Shown piece after piece: positions 1 through 7,849 of a DNA stretch of 64,000 bases. How positions within the stretch are numbered: the stretch's first letter is position 1; every line of letters begins with the position of its first letter. A model generated the notes under the pieces. That model was not told the origin of the DNA. It made no database searches and saw only the letters and a program-made list of their open reading frames with translations. Both the position numbers and the translations under genes were made by a program. Origin of the DNA: an uncultured Smithella sp. (GTDB lineage: Bacteria; Desulfobacterota; Syntrophia; Syntrophales; Smithellaceae); the NCBI GenBank assembly GCA_964632255.1, contig CAZWCA010000002.1:37611-101610 (forward strand), in the 5' to 3' direction.

Positions 1-138
1 AAGTGTTTCTACCTCAGACTTTTTCCACTTATATTCTCTCTGATAAATATCAATAAAATAGGGCTTAGGATTACTAAAAACTGTGCGTAAAAACTGATCG
101 TTTGGAGTAATTACACTACGCATCGTTTTCTGTTCCAT
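1..138 (-). CDS. DUF262-domain protein, first 46 codons only (gene runs off the left edge)
   Basis: Not in the ORF track because it is truncated. Hand translation from ATG (complement of 136-138) gives MEQKTMRSVITPNDQFLRTVFSNPKPYFIDIYQREYKWKKSEVETL. The F-I-D-x-YQR-x-Y-x-W block is the N-terminal signature of DUF262 (ParB/GmrSD-type nuclease N-domain). Confidence 0.6.
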   Translation of the reverse strand, partial: MEQKTMRSVITPNDQFLRTVFSNPKPYFIDIYQREYKWKKSEVETL

Positions 139-550
139 GTTATTTTCTCCTTTTGACAACATAAATTCTTAAGTCTAAGTCGCGGAATAATACAACTTCT
201 TGAAAACAATGCAAGAAAAAACAATTAGTTATAGTTAAAAAGGTTAATCGTTGGGAAAAAAATTCCGGAATTCCGGGCTCGTATAAAAAAGTATATATAC
301 TGTCCATACGTAGTCTGGTCCGTACGCAGTGCCAATTGGCAAAGCAGCAGGTCGTAACGTAAGTGAACCTATCAGTAGCCCCGTTAAACTTATAAGAGAT
401 GCCGCCCTATAGACAAATCGGGAAAGCCGCCGTGAACAGGCAATGATAACGGAATTAGCCTGAGTTATCTTTCGGGGTAGCGGGGTCGGCATGTTGCAGA
501 AGATAAGTAGTCTAGTGCTGGAGACGCCTAATGTTAATTTTGTCGGTTTT

Positions 551-570
551 CTACTCTACTCTACTCTACT
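551..570 (+). repeat. Pentanucleotide tandem repeat (CTACT)x4
   Basis: Direct reading gives ctactctactctactctact, about 100 nt upstream of the hamA-like start. Confidence 0.9.
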
Positions 571-673
571 CAATTTATTCCATGTTTAATCTATGATTTT
601 CCTTGCTTTTTTACAAAATATAGACGAAAAGGATACCGATTTCGAATTTCCTTAGCAGAAAAAGGCTGGCTTT

Positions 674-1798
674 TTGACTTCATTGAAATACACAGACGAA
701 CTTAAAAGATTAAGTAAAAAATGCGAGGAATTTACAGATAGCGTTTTCGTTTTTACTCACAACTATTTTGATTTGCCCAATGCTCATCATAAAGGTTGTT
801 TCATAGATTGTCTTGACTCCACTGCCATGGCTTTTCAGAAAAAAAAGTTCCTTACGTCTCTAATTTCTTCAATTACCGATTATGTATATCCAGATCCAGT
901 TCAAAAGAAAAAAATCAAATCAGCAACCGGTTCTGATTCACAAAGATACAGTAGTCTATTCTTGGATGCAAAGCAGACTTTCCGTAAACCTCGAACCATA
1001 TTGCCTACTTCGCTTACCAAAAAGCAATTTGAAAATGAAATAGGTCCTAACCTTACACCCGCTGATAAGGTTATTTTTGACTCACTTTACAAGGTCAACA
1101 GTAAATCTAACGGCTTCAGACTCATGAAACATAATGTTGAAGATGCGAAAAAGTTAAAGCTGATATTTAAAAGAATCGAATTCGACTACACACAACTAAT
1201 TGCGCAGGGACAATTCTCTGAGCTACTTCTTTACAACATTCTCATGAATTTTTTCGACGCTGTACCGCTTGTTCATAAGATGCTATTAACAACAAATCCC
1301 GACTTGGAAAGAAATGGCATTGATGCGATTCACGTTGGCCTAAATACAAAAAGCCTCACGATGTACGTGGGGGAGTCCAAAGCATATGCCCGAGCTCAAG
1401 GCAGTTTTAAGGCTGCTGTGACAGATGCGCTCGAAGATGTCATTATGCACCATGATAATCTATATTCAGAGCTGAATCTTTACAACTTCAGTAGTAATAT
1501 TTCAGAAGGATTGGAGAAGTTCTTGAGCGACTTCCTAAACGGGAAGCACAAGGACGTGGAGATGAATTTGGTATGCATGGTGACTTATTCATCCGACGAA
1601 GCATCGTCGTATTCGAATAGAGATGAATTTATTCGACAGACTAAGCAATTGATCAAGAAGGACTGTGGCACGATAACAGATGCAAGTTTTTCTGGCTTCG
1701 AAGAAAGACATTTGAAAAGAACATCATTCGTTCTCTTCCCGGTTAAGGAAATGCATGAATTGATACTATATTTTCAAAAAGAGTTGGGCATCCAATGA
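674..1798 (+). CDS. hamA: HamA-like protein (DUF1837-type PD-(D/E)xK nuclease), Hachiman component
   Basis: 374 aa with a TTG start after AAAAAGG. The C-terminal half carries an E...D...ExK arrangement: GQFSELLLY (E183), GIDAIHVG (D217), MYVGESKAY (E234, K236). Its stop overlaps the start of the downstream SF2 helicase (ATGA at 1795-1798). The DUF1837 assignment comes from architecture plus motif, not from a search. Confidence 0.55.
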   Translation: MTSLKYTDELKRLSKKCEEFTDSVFVFTHNYFDLPNAHHKGCFIDCLDSTAMAFQKKKFLTSLISSITDYVYPDPVQKKKIKSATGSDSQRYSSLFLDAKQTFRKPRTILPTSLTKKQFENEIGPNLTPADKVIFDSLYKVNSKSNGFRLMKHNVEDAKKLKLIFKRIEFDYTQLIAQGQFSELLLYNILMNFFDAVPLVHKMLLTTNPDLERNGIDAIHVGLNTKSLTMYVGESKAYARAQGSFKAAVTDALEDVIMHHDNLYSELNLYNFSSNISEGLEKFLSDFLNGKHKDVEMNLVCMVTYSSDEASSYSNRDEFIRQTKQLIKKDCGTITDASFSGFEERHLKRTSFVLFPVKEMHELILYFQKELGIQ

Positions 1799-4287
1799 AG
1801 AAGCTGATTGATCGGCTGTTAGACATCGATTTGAGATACATGGCACATAAACTGGGATTTGTGAAAGACGCGCCGATTTGTTTAAATCAAAAAGAAGCAA
1901 CAGTGCTCTTGAATCACATTGAGTATTTGTCCAGAAGATTTAAGGAGCAGAATGATCTTGACACCTGTCTTTCAATTTGTGCCTTGTTGTGGGAGCACAG
2001 AAACCCGGATTGGGACAATCTTTCGACTTTCATAAAGCAAATACTCATTCGAATTGGTTTAACTCCAAGTGCTTTAATGATCGATGAGAACCGAGATTCC
2101 GAGCACACACTGACCTCTAGCGGCAATGTCTACCTGGATTTGGAGAGCACCAAGTACCTTCGAAATAATAGAATCATTGTTAATGGTCACATTGTTCTTC
2201 TAACCGAAGCACAAAAGAAAATTTGGGATGCTGTGGATAGTTATAATCGCATAGGCATTTCTGCGCCTACGTCTGCTGGCAAGTCATTCATTCTTTGCCT
2301 GCTGCTGATAAACTACATGGCCAAGAATGATGTCAATGCATTCTACATTGTTCCGAATATCTCGCTGATAAATCAGGTATCATCTGATCTGAATAAGATA
2401 ATCAAAACTTTTGACTTTAAAAAGCAAATCCAGGTACATCAAACTTTTCACCAAGTTACGAACAACAGTAATATATTTGTTCTTACTCAGGAAAGAGCTT
2501 TTTCGTCTCTTCTTCAAACCGATAATAACATTCCCAGTCTTGATTTCTTGATCGTCGATGAAATACAGAATATTGAGCGAGTGACATATGAGGATAATGA
2601 AAGGGCTGACGATCTTTTGACAGTGCTAACAATTATAAACGACAGCATCAAGCCAACCAAAGTGCTCATAAGTGGGCCAAGAATTGAAAAAGTTGATCAA
2701 CTAGTGAAGAATCTGTTTGGAAGAGAAGCCTTTCCAATCGATGTTAAGCTTCCGCCTGTTGTCAACATGACGTACTCGTTCAAAGGCGAAGGAAATAACT
2801 TTTTTCTGTACCAGCATTCCCAATTATCCGAACAGCCACGAAGACTAAGACTAAACAGCCACCCCATTCTTACTCAAAAGTTGTTTGGAAAATCGAGACT
2901 CAACAATGACAGCACGGCTATGCTTTGCCACGTGGCTACTCAACTTCAAGAAGATTCGATGCTCCTATTCACGTCAACGAAGCCGCAATCAAGGAAGATA
3001 GCTCAAAGTATAAAGGCTTTGTCAGTTGAAAACCCTGCGGAGTTATCCTCCCTCGAAGAATACATTTCTTCGACTGTTCACGAAAAGTATGGACTTGTCG
3101 ACTGCATCAAAAATGGAGTGGCATACCACAATGCAGGCGTTCCTCCCAACGTTCGAAATGTAGTAGAGATTGCATTCAAGAAGAGACTCTTAAGGCTTAT
3201 CACGACGACAACTACATTGTTACAAGGTATAAACCTTCCTGCAAAATACTTGATTGCCAGGAATCATAAGTTAGATTCACAAAAAGAGGGTACTACTCTA
3301 AGTTCTTACGAATTTGCGAATCTTCGTGGCAGAGCTGGTAGACTCATGACTGATTTTATAGGGCGAGCCATAATAGTGGATTACAAAGCGTTCGAGGATT
3401 CCCAGGTAAGCCTGTTCGAATACCCTACAAAGGAAGTTTCCGCAACCTACGAACGCCGATTTCAAGAATACAAAGACGACATTCTTGCAGCATTAGCAAC
3501 GTCCAAGGAAGTATGCGAAGAATATCGTCCGTTTAATGACCTTTTGGTATTCTTGAGAAACCGAATTTATCGGTATGGAAATGATGCTCGTTTCTACCTC
3601 GAAAAGCATAATATTTCGATCCCGAAGGACTTGGCTCAAGACGTGGAAAATTCATTATCTTCTCTGACTGTTCCCAAACAATTGTGTATTTCAAACCCGC
3701 ACTGGGATGTTTTGATCCTGCAAAAACTTTTTGACAACGCAAGCAAGTTTATCAACTTACCAAAATCGGCATTTACTAATGAACTTTACCATAGCCTGGA
3801 CCATAATATAAGGATTCTATACAAACTTACCCCATACTACTACAATAAGTATCTCGGTATCGATATTAACAACAATGGTTGGGAACTCGATAAAATCCTC
3901 AAGTTAGCAATGGACTGGATTCAAGAGAAGCCGTTATCAGAAATCCTGAGTAGTAGAATGAAGCCCATTTCGGCAGAAAAAATAGAGGATCACATTGAAT
4001 GGATAAATCAATCTGTTTGTTATGATATTCCAAAGCTACTAAAGCCTGTACTATTCATGCAAGCCGATGAAAATCCGATTCTATCCTTCCTTGAATTTGG
4101 AGCATATTCCGCCGATACTAGAAACTTAATTGAACTCGGCGTAACACGTGAAGATGCTTTAGAAATCAAGAAACAGTTTGGTCATAATTTTTCACAGTTG
4201 AACAATAGCGAAATTAAACGTCAATTGACTAAAGACCTGCCAAAAATGAATGAGTGGATAAGGTCGCAGATTGAATTAATCCTGTGA
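1795..4287 (+). CDS. hamB: Superfamily-2 (Ski2/Hel308-like DExH/Q) helicase, HamB-like
   Basis: 830 aa. Motif I is ISAPTSAGKSF and motif II is LIVDEIQNIE. The Hel308-like block is GVAYHNAGVPPNVRNVVEIAFKKRLLRLITTTTTLLQGINLPA. Motif VI is ANLRGRAGR. It is translationally coupled to the upstream nuclease-like gene. Confidence 0.7.
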   Translation: MKKLIDRLLDIDLRYMAHKLGFVKDAPICLNQKEATVLLNHIEYLSRRFKEQNDLDTCLSICALLWEHRNPDWDNLSTFIKQILIRIGLTPSALMIDENRDSEHTLTSSGNVYLDLESTKYLRNNRIIVNGHIVLLTEAQKKIWDAVDSYNRIGISAPTSAGKSFILCLLLINYMAKNDVNAFYIVPNISLINQVSSDLNKIIKTFDFKKQIQVHQTFHQVTNNSNIFVLTQERAFSSLLQTDNNIPSLDFLIVDEIQNIERVTYEDNERADDLLTVLTIINDSIKPTKVLISGPRIEKVDQLVKNLFGREAFPIDVKLPPVVNMTYSFKGEGNNFFLYQHSQLSEQPRRLRLNSHPILTQKLFGKSRLNNDSTAMLCHVATQLQEDSMLLFTSTKPQSRKIAQSIKALSVENPAELSSLEEYISSTVHEKYGLVDCIKNGVAYHNAGVPPNVRNVVEIAFKKRLLRLITTTTTLLQGINLPAKYLIARNHKLDSQKEGTTLSSYEFANLRGRAGRLMTDFIGRAIIVDYKAFEDSQVSLFEYPTKEVSATYERRFQEYKDDILAALATSKEVCEEYRPFNDLLVFLRNRIYRYGNDARFYLEKHNISIPKDLAQDVENSLSSLTVPKQLCISNPHWDVLILQKLFDNASKFINLPKSAFTNELYHSLDHNIRILYKLTPYYYNKYLGIDINNNGWELDKILKLAMDWIQEKPLSEILSSRMKPISAEKIEDHIEWINQSVCYDIPKLLKPVLFMQADENPILSFLEFGAYSADTRNLIELGVTREDALEIKKQFGHNFSQLNNSEIKRQLTKDLPKMNEWIRSQIELIL

Positions 4288-4467
4288 TTGAAAAAGCTTA
4301 ATATCTTGCTGTGCCTTTGGGATAGCATGGGCCGTTGATTGTCGTTTGCATTAACACGCTAAATAACAAAGAAGTGTAAGAACATTATGAAATGGGCACT
4401 TTCGCTGATAGCCGCTAACGTACCCGAGTTGGACAAGAGTTGTTCAAAATCATGCTGGAGATTCTAA

Positions 4468-5169
4468 ATGGCTAAAAAACGAGTACTTATCTGTGATGAT
4501 CAACCAAAATTTATTGAGGATTTCAGGAAAAACCATGGCAGTTATTACGAAGTAATGGTTATTTCTGACATTAGAGATGTTATTGAACGGCTTCATGACA
4601 TGAAGAAACTTCCAGATCTTGTTTTGTTGGATTTATTCCATCCAATATCTGATGATACTGAATACTCAAAAAAAATAGAGATTGCGGAGCAGGAACTTGA
4701 AAAATTAAGGCAACAAATTGAAAACACAAAACAAGCCGTCAATGCAGCATGGCAGCCTCTTGGCATAGATATCCTCCGTGATATTCGTCGCGAGTATAAG
4801 TCACAACGCCTTCCCATTATTATTTATTCTCAGACAGGGCAAATTTTGCTAGATGAGGAAAAAATCAGAATTTTCGAAGAATGTGAAGGCCATTGGCTAA
4901 TCAAAAACCAGTGTGGACCAAGAACTGAAAAAACACGAATGGATAGAATAACGAATTATAAATTCCGCGCAACTCAACTACACGCAACTAAGATACTGAA
5001 ATTTTATAAAATTGGTTTTATTTCGGTATCGTCTGTCCTTGTTGCTGTCTTGAGTTACAAGTATCTACCTCTCAATCAGCTAGAAAGCATAATTGGAGGT
5101 CTCTTCTTGGGTATGATGTCAAGTATAATTGCTTTTTTTCTCACAAGAATTTATGAAGGTCATAATTGA
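4468..5169 (+). CDS. Orphan receiver (REC) domain protein with a coiled-coil insertion and a C-terminal two-TM hairpin
   Basis: 233 aa. The REC residue set is complete: D10-D11 (LICDDQ), D55 (DLVLLDLFHP), S121 (IIIYSQ) and K146 (HWLIK). A ~35-aa heptad-like insert (EYSKKIEIAEQELEKLRQQIENTKQAVNAA) follows the phospho-acceptor strand. There are two hydrophobic helices at about residues 178-197 and 206-227. GGAG lies 8 nt upstream of the ATG. Confidence 0.6.
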   Translation: MAKKRVLICDDQPKFIEDFRKNHGSYYEVMVISDIRDVIERLHDMKKLPDLVLLDLFHPISDDTEYSKKIEIAEQELEKLRQQIENTKQAVNAAWQPLGIDILRDIRREYKSQRLPIIIYSQTGQILLDEEKIRIFEECEGHWLIKNQCGPRTEKTRMDRITNYKFRATQLHATKILKFYKIGFISVSSVLVAVLSYKYLPLNQLESIIGGLFLGMMSSIIAFFLTRIYEGHN

Positions 5170-5690
5170 AGCAGATAGAAGAAACATATGCAATATCGGG
5201 ACAAAACGGGACAACCATAAAATTACAAAATCTCTTTGAAATAATTAGAACCGTCACAATTAGTCAATAATTGAAAACAAATAATGGAGATAACTCCCAT
5301 GGGCTGGCCTGGAAAAACTACTTCAGAAGAAAGAAAGCTCGGCGAGCAGGTTATGAGCATGGCCTAAAAGGAAATGATGCACTCCCCATTTTCCCCTTTA
5401 CTTACCTGAAATCAAAAAGATTAGTAACTATTTGAAAATTAAATTTATTTCGCCATCCCGCTCCATTCTTGTATTTTCCATTATGTACATTCAGGTTTAG
5501 TGAGCAATATTATCTTGGTGTATTTAGCGGCACGCTCTATTTCAAAGATGATCGTCGGACTTTATCAGTGACAAAATTTTTATGCCACGCTTCCTCGGGT
5601 ATTTGTTTTTTTGTGATTAATCTTTTGCTGCATCATTTTTTTTGGCTTTAAACATCTGATTTGCGGATTAAAACTCCTCAATCACGCTGT

Positions 5691-5761
5691 GATAGAATTG
5701 TGATAGAAACCTTGGCAATGCATGAGCATAGATAGAATAGAAGGAAATAGATAGAATTGTG
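5691..5761. repeat. Iteron-like cluster: 4 copies of GATAGAA, including two exact GATAGAATTGTG 12-mers
   Basis: GATAGAATTGTG occurs at 5691-5702 and 5750-5761. GATAGAA also occurs at 5702-5708 and 5731-5737. The cluster is in non-coding DNA about 250 bp beyond the integrase stop. Confidence 0.8.
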
Positions 5762-6007
5762 TTTTTGTTTATTTCTAAGTACTTACGGGAAATCAGGCCT
5801 TAGATCAAGGGGTTCTAAATACGTTTTTTCGGACTTCAAATTCCTGTTGTTTATTCGTTGAGTGGCAAGATCATGCCAACCACTTAATATTGCCTTGTTT
5901 TCCTCGTGCCTCTCTGAATTGGCGGACAGTGTCAGCCAAATTCGCTCCGGGGGATAGGCCAAATAAGAAAGGCAGTTTAAATATTCATTATCCGTGAAGC
6001 TTCGCGG

Positions 6008-7228
6008 TTAGAGAGTCTCTTTCGCTTTGAATGGCAAAATCTTCGCCCCTTCCTTTAGCCCGTCCAAATAGTCGGCCCATGTCTGCATCATGCGGCGTCG
6101 CTCATCAAGATGCTGTGTGCGGTTATAACTCCGCCCTAAGGGATCACGTACTCGATGTGCCAATTGAGCTTCAATATAATCCGGTCTTACTTGCAATACT
6201 TCGTCGAGGATTGTCCGGGCCATTGCCCGGAAACCGTGGGGTGTCATTTCATCTTTTGTGTATCCCATGCGGCGTAAAGCAGCTAAAACCGCATTATTTG
6301 ACATTGGGCGGTCTGAGGTTCTCGCAGAGGGAAAAGCATATTTGCCAGTTCCGGTCAGTTTCTTGATTTCTGTTAAAATCTGGATGGCCTGCTTTGACAA
6401 TGGTACAAGGTGCGGTTCCCGCATTTTCATTTTTTCCGCTGGTATACTCCAGAGGGCTTCATCTAAGTTAACCTCCGACCATTCCATATGTCTTAGTTCT
6501 CCGGGCCTGGTAAATACCAGCGGGGAAAGCTGCAATGCCAGTTTTACAATGTAACTGCCGGAATATCCGTCAATGGTGCGTAATAATTCACAAACTTTTT
6601 TGGGGTCTGTTATTGAAGCCAAGTGTTTTTCTTTTGAGGGTGCTAATGATCCAATTAGATCTTGTGCCGGATTTCGTTCACAACGTCCGGTTGCTAAAGC
6701 ATAACGGAAAACCTGACTGCATATTCCTCGTAATCGGTGCGCTCCCTCTAAAACGCCGCGTGATTCAGTTCTCCTTAGCACTGCCAATAATTCAGGGGCT
6801 TTAATTTCTTTAATAGGTCGTGTGCCAATCCAAGGAAAAATATTGAGCTCTAGTTGCCTTAAAAGTTTTTGTGCATGACCTTCCGTCCACTTTGTTTTAA
6901 ATCTTTCATGCCATTCGCGAGTTATAACCTCAAAAGTCTCTGTCTCATCAATCTTTGCTTGCTTCTGTGCTTTGCGGACGGCTCCGGGATCAACATCATT
7001 GGCTAAAAGCCTTCGGGCATCATCGCGCCGTTTACGTGCATCCAAAAGGCTTATTTCAGGATAACTGCCAAGGGCAAGAAGCTTTTCTTTTCCGCCGAAG
7101 CGATAACGAAACCGCCATAATTTGCCACCCGTTTCTGCGACATGCAGATAAAGGCCGTCACTATCTGCAAGTTTATAAAATTTCTCTTTTGGCTTTGCAT
7201 TACGGACTTTCAACTCGCTCAATGACAT
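6008..7228 (-). CDS. int: Tyrosine recombinase, P4/CP4-57-type integrase (DUF4102 N-domain)
   Basis: The N-terminus is MSLSELKVRNAKPKEKFYKLADSDGLYLHVAETGGKLWRFRYRFGGKEKLLALGSYP. The C-terminal catalytic region contains HGFRAMARTIL and AHRVRDPLGRSYNR. The track start at 7237 is a GTG inside the GAGGTG Shine-Dalgarno, so the ATG at 7228 is preferred. Confidence 0.9.
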   Translation of the reverse strand: MSLSELKVRNAKPKEKFYKLADSDGLYLHVAETGGKLWRFRYRFGGKEKLLALGSYPEISLLDARKRRDDARRLLANDVDPGAVRKAQKQAKIDETETFEVITREWHERFKTKWTEGHAQKLLRQLELNIFPWIGTRPIKEIKAPELLAVLRRTESRGVLEGAHRLRGICSQVFRYALATGRCERNPAQDLIGSLAPSKEKHLASITDPKKVCELLRTIDGYSGSYIVKLALQLSPLVFTRPGELRHMEWSEVNLDEALWSIPAEKMKMREPHLVPLSKQAIQILTEIKKLTGTGKYAFPSARTSDRPMSNNAVLAALRRMGYTKDEMTPHGFRAMARTILDEVLQVRPDYIEAQLAHRVRDPLGRSYNRTQHLDERRRMMQTWADYLDGLKEGAKILPFKAKETL

Positions 7229-7371
7229 AAAAATCACCTCGTTATGTTTATAAGCAATGATCCGATAAATTTGGCTTCATCCAATGTGAGCCTCATTATA
7301 TTATTACCTTTCCAAATTTCGATTTTCCCATCAAATGTTGCGCGGACAGAGGGTATCATTTTAGCCTCTAA

Positions 7372-7674
7372 CTACTCAGCCTTGTCACGTGCTTTTTCTT
7401 GTTTCCGAATTTCAGCTGGATCAAAGCCTTTTAATAATAGCTCTTTTGCAGCGTCTCTTTTAATCCTTGCCTCTTCAGGGGTTATTGCCGGGTATGCTCC
7501 AAGGGCAAGTTTCTTCTCCTTGCCATCAAATCGATATTTAAGCCTCCATAATTTTCCGCCCGTAGGTCTGACGAGAAGGAACAGCCCACCGCCATCAAAT
7601 AAATTATAAGCTTTATCCTTTGGCATGGCATTTCTAATTGTATCTTCTGACATTGGTTCAATCAATTTAGGCAT
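7372..7674 (-). pseudogene. Truncated second P4-type integrase (N-terminal DUF4102 arm-binding domain only, 100 aa)
   Basis: MPKLIEPMSEDTIRNAMPKDKAYNLFDGGGLFLLVRPTGGKLWRLKYRFDGKEKKLALGAYPAITPEEARIKRDAAKELL... aligns with the first ~100 aa of the intact integrase, then stops. No core-binding or catalytic domain follows. The 203-aa track ORF (7372..7983) reads through the tRNA and is an artefact upstream of 7674. Confidence 0.75.
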
Positions 7675-7687
7675 GATTTTTTCTATA

Positions 7688-7737
7688 TGCGGGTATCGTC
7701 TTTTTTTGTGCGGGTATCTTCGAGAAATATACCCGCA
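7688..7737. repeat. Three copies of TGCGGGTAT (two direct, one inverted) between the truncated integrase and the tRNA
   Basis: TGCGGGTATC occurs at 7688-7697 and 7709-7718, giving 21-bp phasing. The inverted copy TATACCCGCA is at 7728-7737. Confidence 0.8.
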
Positions 7738-7849
7738 AAATGCGTGTATTTTATGAAACCTTATAGCACTATCCCGGACTAAAGACAACAAAAAACCCGC
7801 TATTTCTAACGGGTTTTTGTACTTCTTGGAACTGTCTTGGATTATGTCT

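Larger units (their letters stand above)
1..7849. mobile_element. Genomic (defence) island integrated at the 3' end of tRNA-Ala, partial; far boundary lies outside the window
   Basis: Two P4-type integrase genes (one truncated) sit immediately downstream of the tRNA-Ala 3' end. Hand-sampled intergenic stretches are about 27-30% GC, which looks AT-rich compared with the rest of the window by eye (not counted). Cargo is defence-type (DUF262, HamA/HamB-like). No second copy of the tRNA 3' end was found inside the window. Confidence 0.6.

Noticed and set aside
301-332. Group II intron domain V-like hairpin on the minus strand (ACTGCGTACG...CGTATGGACAGT with a 2-nt 3' bulge)
   Set aside because: The helix lengths (4 + 6 bp) and a 10-nt loop do not fit the 34-nt domain V architecture (AGC triad, GNRA tetraloop). 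There is no reverse transcriptase/maturase ORF and no 5' GUGYG nearby.
472-489. Possible class-II c-di-GMP riboswitch: GGTAGCGGGGT resembles, from memory, the conserved 3' segment GGUAGCGGGGU, with GGGAAAGCC upstream
   Set aside because: I could not reconstruct the P1/P2 helices or the conserved 5' ACGCACAGGGC element at the right distance. A single 10-11-nt match in 128 kb of two-strand sequence is not significant. It is left as something for cmscan to decide, not called.
244-492. 82-aa minus-strand ORF in the DUF262/hamA intergenic region
   Set aside because: The sequence has no protein-like character: it is Leu/Ser/Arg/Pro-rich with no motif, Shine-Dalgarno or plausible start context. It coincides with the GC-rich palindromic patch, which is better explained as non-coding structure or a relic.
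5170-6007. Search for an excisionase (AlpA/Xis) gene, or a copy of the tRNA-Ala 3' end (att), between the cargo and the integrase
   Set aside because: Only short ORFs occur here (5469..5651 plus, a 22-aa ORF at about 5300, and a ~59-aa TTG ORF on the minus strand at about 5800-5980). None has an AlpA-like helix-turn-helix motif. The only tRNA-like match is 8 nt (AGGGGTTC) in the wrong orientation.
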